Positions 1 to 8,211 of a DNA stretch of 64,000 nucleotides are shown here, one piece after another. The translations under genes and the position numbers were made by a program. Origin of the DNA: Candidatus Heimdallarchaeota archaeon (GTDB taxonomy: Archaea; Asgardarchaeota; Heimdallarchaeia; Heimdallarchaeales; Heimdallarchaeaceae); NCBI GenBank assembly GCA_030603365.1, contig JAUVXV010000008.1, forward strand, positions 64,001-128,000, given 5' to 3'. The notes under the pieces were generated by a model. The model searched no databases. It was given only the letters and a program-made list of their open reading frames with translations, and was not told where the DNA came from. Within the stretch, counting starts at the first letter, position 1. The number at the start of each line of letters is the position of its first letter.

Positions 1-1
1 G

Positions 2-346
2 CTAATTTTCACTTTTGTTTGGGGATTGAATGTAGCAAAGGATAGAGAGTACATAGACCAAATGAGTGAAATATTTAGCAGAAATGGTGGAACAACATAT
101 TATGTTGAGTTATATTGTGAATTGGATGAGAGGTTAAAAAGAAATAGAGGAGATTCAAGACTTGCTGAAAAACCATCAAAGAGGGATCATGATTTATCAG
201 AAAAAAGACTTCTAGAAATTGAAAAGACCTATACTATGAATACTAATGGTGAGTTTTTTTACAAAGAAAACTATATCAAAATTGATAACACCAAACTTAG
301 CGCTAAGGAAGTAGCAGAAAAAATAAAGGAAGAATTTGGGATATGA
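2..346 (+). CDS. P-loop nucleotide-kinase-like (shikimate kinase/AAA_33-like) protein, 5'-truncated by window edge
   Basis: Frame is open from base 2 (LIFTFVWGLNV...). YYVEL-x-C-x-LDERLKRN...RL..KPSKRD lid and IKIDNTKLSA tail resemble a kinase-fold family. The P-loop lies outside the window. Confidence 0.55.
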   Translation, partial: LIFTFVWGLNVAKDREYIDQMSEIFSRNGGTTYYVELYCELDERLKRNRGDSRLAEKPSKRDHDLSEKRLLEIEKTYTMNTNGEFFYKENYIKIDNTKLSAKEVAEKIKEEFGI

Positions 347-1156
347 TTAAAACGTTTCCTCATTTTCATAATAAGGAATAATTTTTCCACTAATGAATTC
401 GAAAAGAATTGGATCTCCCGTTAATTCTGGCTTACCTTTTACATTTATCACTCTTACTTCAGTTATTGGTCTATCTGCTTTAGTCTTAGATTTAGATACA
501 CGTATGGTAACGTCACAGTTGTGCTCTATTGCTCTAACTAACAGAGGGTCATGAGCATCATGGTGAAGAATGAATACAGTAACCGAACCTTCAATTTTGT
601 TTGCTGCTAATCTGTTTTGCAAGAAGGAGAATAGTATCTTTTTACTTTCATCAGATGCATATATTATTGAAGAAAGTGAAACTACAATCCCTCTCTTCAA
701 TACTTTCTGATTTTGAACATGTAGAAAAGATCTTCTAATTGTTTCATTAATCTCTCTTGGCTGACTCAGATTATGAACAGCATTTTCGTGAGTTGTTTTA
801 ACGTCTGTATAACCAAAAGGGTTACTAAAAGCATCAATAAACTTTAGTCTTCCTGTTGCTTCAAGCATCTCAGGATTAACACCTATACCGTTCATTACTT
901 CGTTATAGTAGCTATATGGATGTTCTGTGGAAAAGATATATCCATATTCTCCGGATCTTAATCCCTCTGCTAGAAACTGTAAAACGAAAGGATCTGCTTC
1001 TGCGCCTATTTCATCTTCAATTAAAACATTAGATCCCGCTGGAACCCCTCCTCCAAGTATTTCATCTAAAGTTGGTATTCCAAATGTAAAAAGTTTCTTT
1101 TCTACTGAATCAGAATTTGTTGAAAACATAGGATTCATCTCATATATTCTAATCAA
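347..1156 (-). CDS. KaiC/RAD55-like RecA-superfamily protein with degenerate Walker motifs
   Basis: TFGIPTLDEILGGGVPAGSNVLI N-terminus is KaiC-like. Walker A position reads EDEIGAEAD (no GK[ST]); Walker B position reads IVVSLSS (no Asp). Confidence 0.75.
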   Translation of the reverse strand: MIRIYEMNPMFSTNSDSVEKKLFTFGIPTLDEILGGGVPAGSNVLIEDEIGAEADPFVLQFLAEGLRSGEYGYIFSTEHPYSYYNEVMNGIGVNPEMLEATGRLKFIDAFSNPFGYTDVKTTHENAVHNLSQPREINETIRRSFLHVQNQKVLKRGIVVSLSSIIYASDESKKILFSFLQNRLAANKIEGSVTVFILHHDAHDPLLVRAIEHNCDVTIRVSKSKTKADRPITEVRVINVKGKPELTGDPILFEFISGKIIPYYENEETF

Positions 1157-1201
1157 ATCTTTGGGTTTTCGAATATTAAAATATAGTGCTAGCTATCAAC
1201 C

Positions 1202-1531
1202 TTAGTTAAGTTTCTTGGTTAGTTTCTTTCTTAGTTTGTCATCCAATTGGTTAGGAGTCATGTAATCATATTGATTGTATTGTACTTTATTTTTGAATTT
1301 TGGATTAGCTTTTTGAAGAGATTTAATTGGTCTAAGACATTGTCCATTATCACCCATCTTTCTTTCTCTACATTCAGCATAAATACACATAGAACCTAGA
1401 CATTCCACATCGTCCATAGTACAGTTGAAAGACTTTTTCCCATTATTATTAACGATTCTAAGCATTCTTTTGCTACAGAAAAAAGATTTACAAGTTAGCT
1501 TGCATTCTTGATCATTTGAACTGGCTGTCAT
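1202..1531 (-). CDS. Cys-rich (putative Zn-binding) conserved archaeal hypothetical protein
   Basis: 109 aa with 8 Cys in a regular pattern (CxxxCxxFxC...C...CxGxxCxYAxC...GxC) and a basic tail. Confidence 0.6.
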   Translation of the reverse strand: MTASSNDQECKLTCKSFFCSKRMLRIVNNNGKKSFNCTMDDVECLGSMCIYAECRERKMGDNGQCLRPIKSLQKANPKFKNKVQYNQYDYMTPNQLDDKLRKKLTKKLN

Positions 1532-1747
1532 AGAAAAATACTTGCTATAATTCCAGCTATGAGTCCACTAAATAATCCTCGAAGTGTCTTAAGATCGCCT
1601 AGAATTCTTTTTCCATCGATGAAATTATTGTAAGCATCAACAGGATATCCCCCCACCAAAAATTGCTGGAGCTGCATTAGAAACAAATATTGGGAGGGCA
1701 AAAAGGATAGCTAAATCTACATAACATGAAGCCCATAATTTTCACAT
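1528..1747 (-). pseudogene. carS: Disrupted N-terminal fragment of CDP-archaeol synthase (CarS/DUF46)
   Basis: Minus strand translates ...VDLAILFALPIFVSNAAPAIFGGG / one extra G in a G6 run (1649-1654) / YPVDAYNNFIDGKRILGDLKTLRGLFSGLIAGIIASIFL*, matching the CarS motif LP...N...GGG.P.D...F.DG.R.LGD.KT.RG. There is an in-frame TGA at 1742-1744, and only about 70 codons are present. Confidence 0.8.
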
Positions 1748-1866
1748 CAAGTAAACAACATTTGTTAAAAATCACTCTATTTAAAATATGCGAAGAAGGA
1801 TAAGTCGTAGATTCTTAAATTAAAATAACAAAAAGATTAATTGTAAGTACCACTATTTCTTTATGA

Positions 1867-2919
1867 ATGTATGATTTAGCTTTCATTTATTCCGATATTT
1901 TCAAAAAACATGCGATGGACAGAGCTCATCCTGAATCGCCTCTTCGTTTAGATGAAATAATGAAAGCAGTAAATGAAATTCAGAGCGAAAAAAAATACAA
2001 TATTGCTACGTTATTACCAGAAATAATAGATGAAGAATATCTTCTATCTGTTCATGTTACTGATTACATAGACAAAATAAGAGCAATTTCTAAAGGTGGA
2101 GGAGGGATGATCACCATTGATACAACTCTCAATGAACATACATTCTTCATAGCCAAGTATGCTGCAGGAGCAACCAAACAGGCTGCTCAATTAGTAGATG
2201 AAAATAAAGCAAGAAAAAGTTTTGCTGTTGTAAGACCTCCAGGACATCATGCAGAGAGTACTTCAGCTGGAGGATTTTGTTATTTTAACAATATAGCTAT
2301 AGCAGCTGAATGGTTAGTTCAATATAAAGGATATAACAAAGTTGCAATTATAGATATTGATCATCATTTCGGAAATGGCACATCCCACATTTTTTATCAT
2401 AGAAAAGATGTTTTTTATCTCTCTATACACGCTCATCCTAGATATTCATATCCAGGTTCAGGTTATTCAAATGAGATAGGGGTTGTTGACGCTAAAGGAT
2501 ATAATGTGAATGTAACTCTTTTACCGGGTATCAATGGCTATGATTGGTTGCATTCACTAAAATTCTCTTTGAACATAGTGAAACAATATCAACCAGAGAT
2601 AATACTAGTTTCAGTAGGATTTGATTCATTAGCTGGTGATCCCGTTGGTATCATGAATGTGGAACCTAATGCATTCTATGGTGCAGGATTTCTCTTAAAT
2701 CAATTCGCTGAAGAGATCTGTGAAGGGAAAATCGTCTGTACTTTAGAGGGAGGATACAAAAGAGATCAACTTAAAGCTGTGAGTAAGAAGTTCATTTTAG
2801 GACTGCTTGGGAACAAACCAGACTTTATCCATCAATTGGAAAGAAGCAAAGTTACTGAACATACTGCTAAAATGTTGAACCAAGTTAAGAGAGAGCATCA
2901 GAACTATTGGCGATTTTAA
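1867..2919 (+). CDS. Histone deacetylase family (Zn-dependent HDAC/AcuC-like) protein
   Basis: HPESPxRL, RPPGHHA, GFCYFNN, DIDHHFGNGT, GFD and LEGGY motifs. Confidence 0.93.
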   Translation: MYDLAFIYSDIFKKHAMDRAHPESPLRLDEIMKAVNEIQSEKKYNIATLLPEIIDEEYLLSVHVTDYIDKIRAISKGGGGMITIDTTLNEHTFFIAKYAAGATKQAAQLVDENKARKSFAVVRPPGHHAESTSAGGFCYFNNIAIAAEWLVQYKGYNKVAIIDIDHHFGNGTSHIFYHRKDVFYLSIHAHPRYSYPGSGYSNEIGVVDAKGYNVNVTLLPGINGYDWLHSLKFSLNIVKQYQPEIILVSVGFDSLAGDPVGIMNVEPNAFYGAGFLLNQFAEEICEGKIVCTLEGGYKRDQLKAVSKKFILGLLGNKPDFIHQLERSKVTEHTAKMLNQVKREHQNYWRF

Positions 2920-2947
2920 CAAAATTAATAAAAAAAGGCAATAATTT

Positions 2948-2955
2948 TTTAAATA
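2948..2955 (+). promoter_or_regulatory. Archaeal TATA box, probable leaderless promoter of the MFS gene
   Basis: TTTAAATA lies 21-28 nt upstream of ATG 2976, with an A-rich BRE-like stretch upstream. Confidence 0.5.
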
Positions 2956-2975
2956 GCTAGTTTATTTCGATTCCT

Positions 2976-4376
2976 ATGTCTGAAGTTTTTGAAGAAGAGG
3001 TTGAATTAGAAACTAAAACATCTAAACTCAACGTTTTCAAATGGTCAATGTACGATTTAGCAAACACAATTTATTCTATGATAATTGTTAGTTTGATTAT
3101 CAATCGTTATGTGTTAGTAATAGGACAAGTAGAACATGGGATGGAATATGGTGAAGCTAGCTTCATTTTTGGAATAGTAGCAGCTGCTATGCAAGTAATC
3201 ACTGCAATTGGTATGCCTATAATGGGAGCTTTAAGTGATACTACAGGTAGAAGAAAACCATTTGTTCTTGTTTTAACAGGTGTAATACTACTATTCTCTA
3301 GTCTTCTCGGTTTATTCCACAATATTTCAATAGTATTGATTCTTTATGTAATTGCCAATATTGCATATCAATGGAGTCTTGCGTTTTATGATGCAATGTT
3401 ACCTTTTATAGCTAACCCAAAAGATGTCGGGAAAGTTGGAGGATTTGGTGTAGCTTTTGGTTACTTAGGAACAATAATCTCATTGTTGGTTATGTTTCCA
3501 TTAATAATGTATTATGGTGATGTTATTAGTAAAGATCCAAATGATATTGTAGCTAATCTATCATATGGTTATACAGGTGAATGGTGGGTTTTTGTTATCC
3601 CGATGGCACTTTTTGCTGTATTTGGAATTCCTTTGATTTTCGTTAAAGAAAGACAAAAAAAGAAAAAGATGTCAGAACAGAAAGATATACTTAAAAAGAC
3701 CTTTAGACAGCTTGGCAGGACTTTTAAAGAAATAAGAAAACATCGTCAGATGTTTATCTTTGTGATAGCATACTTCTTTATTGCAGATGTAGCAAACGTT
3801 ATTGTAGCTTATATGACTCCTTTAGTGACTGATGCACTTCAAATTGAAGGTGCGGGTATTTCAAAAGACCTTTTTGCAATAATTTTCATAATTATTGCGA
3901 CTGTAGCAGCTGTAGCTTTCACATACTTCATTGGTAGATTTGCAGAAAAATATGGTGCTAAAAACGCTTTCTTCCTTGTTGGAGGATTATGGGCTCTTGC
4001 TTTGCTTTTAGGAATATTAGGAATATTTGTATGGGCACCCATAACAATTGGATTTAATTTTCCATTTATCATGATGATTTTAATGGGATGTTCAGCTGGT
4101 GTAGCTTTAGGAGGTACCTGGACAGCTCAAAGAGTTATGGTTATGGAATTAGCTCCCAAAGAGAAATTCGGAGAGTACTTTGGATTCTCAAAGCTAAGTG
4201 GGAAGGTTTCTTCAGCATTAGGACCTATTATCTTTGGAGCAATTTTACTAGCTCTTGATCCAATAATCAGTTTCAAAGCATATGGAGTAGCCATGGCTGT
4301 TGTTGGTGGAATAATGGCAATAGGTTTAGTAATTATGGCTTTTGTCCGTCCTGAAAAATCAGCAAGAAACTACTAA
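2976..4376 (+). CDS. MFS transporter, UMF1/Atg22-like family
   Basis: WSMYDLANTIY, GALSDTTGRRK, FYDAMLP, GYLG and GEYFGF motifs; about 12 TM segments. Confidence 0.88.
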   Translation: MSEVFEEEVELETKTSKLNVFKWSMYDLANTIYSMIIVSLIINRYVLVIGQVEHGMEYGEASFIFGIVAAAMQVITAIGMPIMGALSDTTGRRKPFVLVLTGVILLFSSLLGLFHNISIVLILYVIANIAYQWSLAFYDAMLPFIANPKDVGKVGGFGVAFGYLGTIISLLVMFPLIMYYGDVISKDPNDIVANLSYGYTGEWWVFVIPMALFAVFGIPLIFVKERQKKKKMSEQKDILKKTFRQLGRTFKEIRKHRQMFIFVIAYFFIADVANVIVAYMTPLVTDALQIEGAGISKDLFAIIFIIIATVAAVAFTYFIGRFAEKYGAKNAFFLVGGLWALALLLGILGIFVWAPITIGFNFPFIMMILMGCSAGVALGGTWTAQRVMVMELAPKEKFGEYFGFSKLSGKVSSALGPIIFGAILLALDPIISFKAYGVAMAVVGGIMAIGLVIMAFVRPEKSARNY

Positions 4377-4790
4377 TCTTTTCTTTTCTAATAAAAATAG
4401 CAAGGAAAGGATTATTTTTCCTCTTCCTTTTTTTTTGTCCATTTTGATTATTTCTAACTAAACCTGCATAGAGTATTATTGAAGCTACTGTAACGATTAA
4501 AAATAAACAGAAAAAGAATGAGAACAGAACGAGTTTCGAGTTATGATGTTTTTTCTTTTTTTTCTCAGTTAATTGGACCAAAAGCGACAGTATCCACTAA
4601 TAGTGTATAACAATTTATTTTATTTTGTCGCTCATTCTTCAACATCAATACTCAAGACAGAATTCCTCTCAGAAGTCTTAAAAGGTTGTCGATGAATTAG
4701 AATCAGACTATTATAGAGAGATAATTGTTTGTTCTTTTCTCTATATTACATACAATAACAGTTTTAATTTCTCTCTCTTTAGTGTAAATA

Positions 4791-5684
4791 ATGTCAGAAG
4801 AAGACAAAGTTCCCAAAACAGCTCTAAATCTAATGTTGGAATTAATTGTGGGTAGGAAAAAAGAACTCAAATTGATGATTAGAGCAGTTGAAAAAGGTTT
4901 ACCAATCATTATTGAAGGACCAGTGGGGACAGGAAAAACAGAAATGGCTAAAGCATTAGCCAGCAGTCTCGACAAACTATTCGTCCGAGTTGATGGGGAT
5001 GATAGTCTTACATCCATTAAACTGAAAGGTTGGTATGACCCTCCTCTTGTTATAGAAAAAGGTTTTTCTAGAGAAACTTTCATTCCAGGCCCATTAACCC
5101 AGGCAATGGAAGAAGGAGGGATTTTCTTCTATAATGAAGTTAATAGAGCCCCCTCAGAAACAATTAATGCAGTGTTAACAGCTCTAGATGAGAATCTTAT
5201 TACTATTCCACAGTTAGGAGAGATAAAAGCCAAAAAAGGTTTCATTTCAATTTTCACTTATAATCCACAAGATACTGTTGCTACCAATCCTTTGCCCAAA
5301 GCATTCTATGATAGATGTGTATGGATCAATGTTACTCATCAAACTTTAGAGGAAATGCTACAGATTGTTAAATTAAGAACAAATTCAGAAGATTCACTTC
5401 TTAATCAAATCTCTTGCGAAATTGTTGAAGCTACATTGAATCATCCTGAACTTGAATATGGTTCAACAGTAAGAGGAGCTATTCAATTAGTAAGTCTTTT
5501 ACTAGGAGAAGAGAAACTAGAGGAAGAAATCCTGATTACCTATGTAATTTCAGTTCATTCGAGAAAAATACGGTGTAAAACAACAAGTCGAAAAACAGAG
5601 GAAGAAATAATCATTGAAATCGTTTCAAAGATATTGTCAAAGTATGATGATAACGATAGAATTTCACGAAAAAAAGAGAATTAG
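4791..5684 (+). CDS. MoxR-family AAA+ ATPase
   Basis: Walker A GPVGTGKT, FIPGPLxxAM, Walker B region FFYNEVNRA, LPKAFYDR. Confidence 0.88.
   Translation: MSEEDKVPKTALNLMLELIVGRKKELKLMIRAVEKGLPIIIEGPVGTGKTEMAKALASSLDKLFVRVDGDDSLTSIKLKGWYDPPLVIEKGFSRETFIPGPLTQAMEEGGIFFYNEVNRAPSETINAVLTALDENLITIPQLGEIKAKKGFISIFTYNPQDTVATNPLPKAFYDRCVWINVTHQTLEEMLQIVKLRTNSEDSLLNQISCEIVEATLNHPELEYGSTVRGAIQLVSLLLGEEKLEEEILITYVISVHSRKIRCKTTSRKTEEEIIIEIVSKILSKYDDNDRISRKKEN
5669..5675 (+). other. Candidate -1 ribosomal frameshift (or transcriptional slippage) heptamer A_AAA_AAA linking MoxR and VWA ORFs
   Basis: CGA AAA AAA GAG AAT TAG ends MoxR. The -1 frame (AAA AAA AGA GAA TTA GGT GAC...) has no stop through ATG 5753 to 6709. 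Confidence 0.55.
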
Positions 5685-5752
5685 GTGACCTTATTTCTTC
5701 CATTGTAGGGGATGAACCTTTTCTTACTTTTCCTTCCAAGCATGCAGGCAGA

Positions 5753-6709
5753 ATGCTTCTTAATGAGATATATTTAGAGCTAGGAAGGCAAGTTGAAGAT
5801 ATTACGAGAATTATTGAATTAGCTGAACAAGCCGCAGATGAAGCAAATTTAGAAGGTCTTCAGTTAATTGCAACCAATTATCCCCTAATTGCTGCACAAA
5901 TCCTTAACAAAATAGAATTAACAGAACAAATGCTAGATGATTTAGGTAGTGATGAGCTAATCCAGCTTTATTCTCGAACTAAGAAACATCTTAATTTTGG
6001 AATTCGGAAAAAAATGCTAGATAAATTAATACCATTTATAACAGAAAAGGCTAAATCAATTTTCAGAAGAGGGATATCATCTTCAGTTTCTAGATACATC
6101 AATTATGAACCAGGAGATTCTTGGGAAGTAGAGATGACAATTGAGAAGATGTTAGGTCTAGGAAAAACATCTCCAGATTATGAAAGTATTGTAGTGAAAG
6201 AACCTTCCAAAAGGAAGAAGAGTATTGTAATATGTATCGATAGAAGTATGAGTGTTCTTCAGCTCATCCACCAAATTGTACTCATGGCATCAGTTCTTTC
6301 TCTTTCAGTAAAACGAGATAATTTTGCAATTATTGAATTTGATTCTCAAGCTCATGTTATCAAGAGTATGTCAGAAGGTATCCATCCAGAAGCACTTGTG
6401 GAGCTGATCTTAAACATAGACAGTGGAGGAAAAACAAATCTTGAAGAAGCTTTGAGTTTAGCAACTGAACAATTGAAATTTAGCACTTCTAGAGAAAAAA
6501 TAATCTATCTGATAAGTGATTTGGAAAGAACAGCGGGAAGAAACCCTTTACCCATCATTCAGAGAATACCCGATTTGCGAATAATCTATGTAAAGACCTA
6601 TCGAAGAGTTTCGTTTGTAGATGAGGTAGTAACCCTATCCAATGTTTCTTTTGAAGAGTTGAACCAGAATTCAGATTTGGTGGATATTACAACTAGGTTG
6701 GTTGCTTAG
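5753..6709 (+). CDS. von Willebrand factor A (VWA) domain protein, MoxR partner; frame is open from 5660
   Basis: MIDAS DRSMS, GGKTNL and LISD motifs; directly downstream of MoxR. Confidence 0.88.
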   Translation: MLLNEIYLELGRQVEDITRIIELAEQAADEANLEGLQLIATNYPLIAAQILNKIELTEQMLDDLGSDELIQLYSRTKKHLNFGIRKKMLDKLIPFITEKAKSIFRRGISSSVSRYINYEPGDSWEVEMTIEKMLGLGKTSPDYESIVVKEPSKRKKSIVICIDRSMSVLQLIHQIVLMASVLSLSVKRDNFAIIEFDSQAHVIKSMSEGIHPEALVELILNIDSGGKTNLEEALSLATEQLKFSTSREKIIYLISDLERTAGRNPLPIIQRIPDLRIIYVKTYRRVSFVDEVVTLSNVSFEELNQNSDLVDITTRLVA

Positions 6710-8042
6710 GCTTCTTCTTATTTTGCAGATGAGCTAATATCTGATCAGCCACTATCATCGCAACACCAATTCCATCAAGAATTCCTCCTTCTATTTGAGC
6801 TATATCTCTGTTCATTACATAACTAATAGTAATTTTAGCGTTATATATGTAAGACTCTGTTAAATTCCATTCATCTACAAGAGTTATCAGATATATTATA
6901 GTCGTTTCTTCAGTTGCATTGAAAACTAGTGTTGTTCCATTTAGTACTTCTTCATGTATAAATCTTAATTCAAAGTAACTCTCTTGTTTAGTTTGATTTA
7001 CAAGAGAGAAATACGAACTTAACAGCTGATTATACGTTATATTCCCCGCATAATATACCTGCGTAAGGTTATCAAAATCAGTAAAGAAATTGATGAAGGT
7101 GTTATTATTTGTTAACATAACAGAGGCATTATATTTTATCAAATCCATCGCACTACTAAATTTAACAGTAGTACTTGCGTGGGTTTTACTCTCAATTATC
7201 ACACCAAGCGTTGGATCAAATATCGTCTGCGTACTTCGATATCGAGATGAAACATTATATTTCATCTCCTTGTCATTACCAACTATAGGGCCTAGTAAAA
7301 GACCTACGAAAATGACAAACAAGCCAAGAAGTGTTAAATGTCTTTTTAGCCTCCCCCAGAATGTTTTGAAAACCAAATTGAATCGCTTTTTATCAGGTTT
7401 TTCTTTCTTACTTTTTCTTTTGAAAGCCGGTATAACAAATACAATGAACCAAACAACAAATAGAATTACGTGTAATGTAAATTGAGCGATGTATAGATCA
7501 ATATAATCCCCGTATATTGCTTGACGTTGTTCTTGTGATAAATTGATGAAATAGATTTGCTGTCCTTCACTTAGTGAGTATATCGTCCAATCTGGAATTA
7601 TTCCTACAAGAGTTAATGGGAAGAACAACCAAGATGCATTTTCAAACCTGAGATAGATAGAAAGGTCATAAAGATTAGGATCTACTGGCCAGAAAAGCAA
7701 AAGAGGCCCCCAGCTCAAATCTAGAAATATATGAATTAACCACATTAAAGATACAAGTTTTACAAATCTGACTATTCGTTTAGTAGGGGTATCTATAAGA
7801 TTGACATCTTTATTTACTTTTTCAATAATTAACATACTGAAAATAATAAATGTTGGGATAATCAGACTATGAGTGTAGGAACGATGCGAACCAAAAAACA
7901 AATCGATATCAGGAAACATCGCAAATAAACAGATTACAATATATTCCCATCGGTGTTCTTTGTAGTAATTTTTATTCTCTTTAGATAGAAGCATCCATAC
8001 AATTAAACCTTGTAATGATAAATGTGTAGGAGTATATGTCAT
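6693..8042 (-). CDS. YdjM-like membrane metal-dependent hydrolase fused to an extracellular domain
   Basis: H...PDID...HRSYTHS...HIFLD metal motif set; several TMs; sequon-rich C-terminal region and a terminal TM. Confidence 0.75.
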   Translation of the reverse strand: MTYTPTHLSLQGLIVWMLLSKENKNYYKEHRWEYIVICLFAMFPDIDLFFGSHRSYTHSLIIPTFIIFSMLIIEKVNKDVNLIDTPTKRIVRFVKLVSLMWLIHIFLDLSWGPLLLFWPVDPNLYDLSIYLRFENASWLFFPLTLVGIIPDWTIYSLSEGQQIYFINLSQEQRQAIYGDYIDLYIAQFTLHVILFVVWFIVFVIPAFKRKSKKEKPDKKRFNLVFKTFWGRLKRHLTLLGLFVIFVGLLLGPIVGNDKEMKYNVSSRYRSTQTIFDPTLGVIIESKTHASTTVKFSSAMDLIKYNASVMLTNNNTFINFFTDFDNLTQVYYAGNITYNQLLSSYFSLVNQTKQESYFELRFIHEEVLNGTTLVFNATEETTIIYLITLVDEWNLTESYIYNAKITISYVMNRDIAQIEGGILDGIGVAMIVADQILAHLQNKKKPKQPT

Positions 8043-8211
8043 TTAATTCACCAATTTTTCTAATTTATAGATAATCCTTTACTTAATTTAGTTTAGTGGT
8101 TTATATACTAATTAATTCTTATATCTATTGATAAAATATTTAAGACTAATACTAAGTAAGACTTATTACTTTGATTAAAAATGGAAAGTTATAGTGTTAA
8201 GGTAGTGTATT

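Noticed and set aside
8043-8211. Very AT-rich gap upstream of mcm as a replication origin
   Set aside because: No ORB-like G-string repeats and no cdc6/orc1 nearby; consistent with divergent promoters
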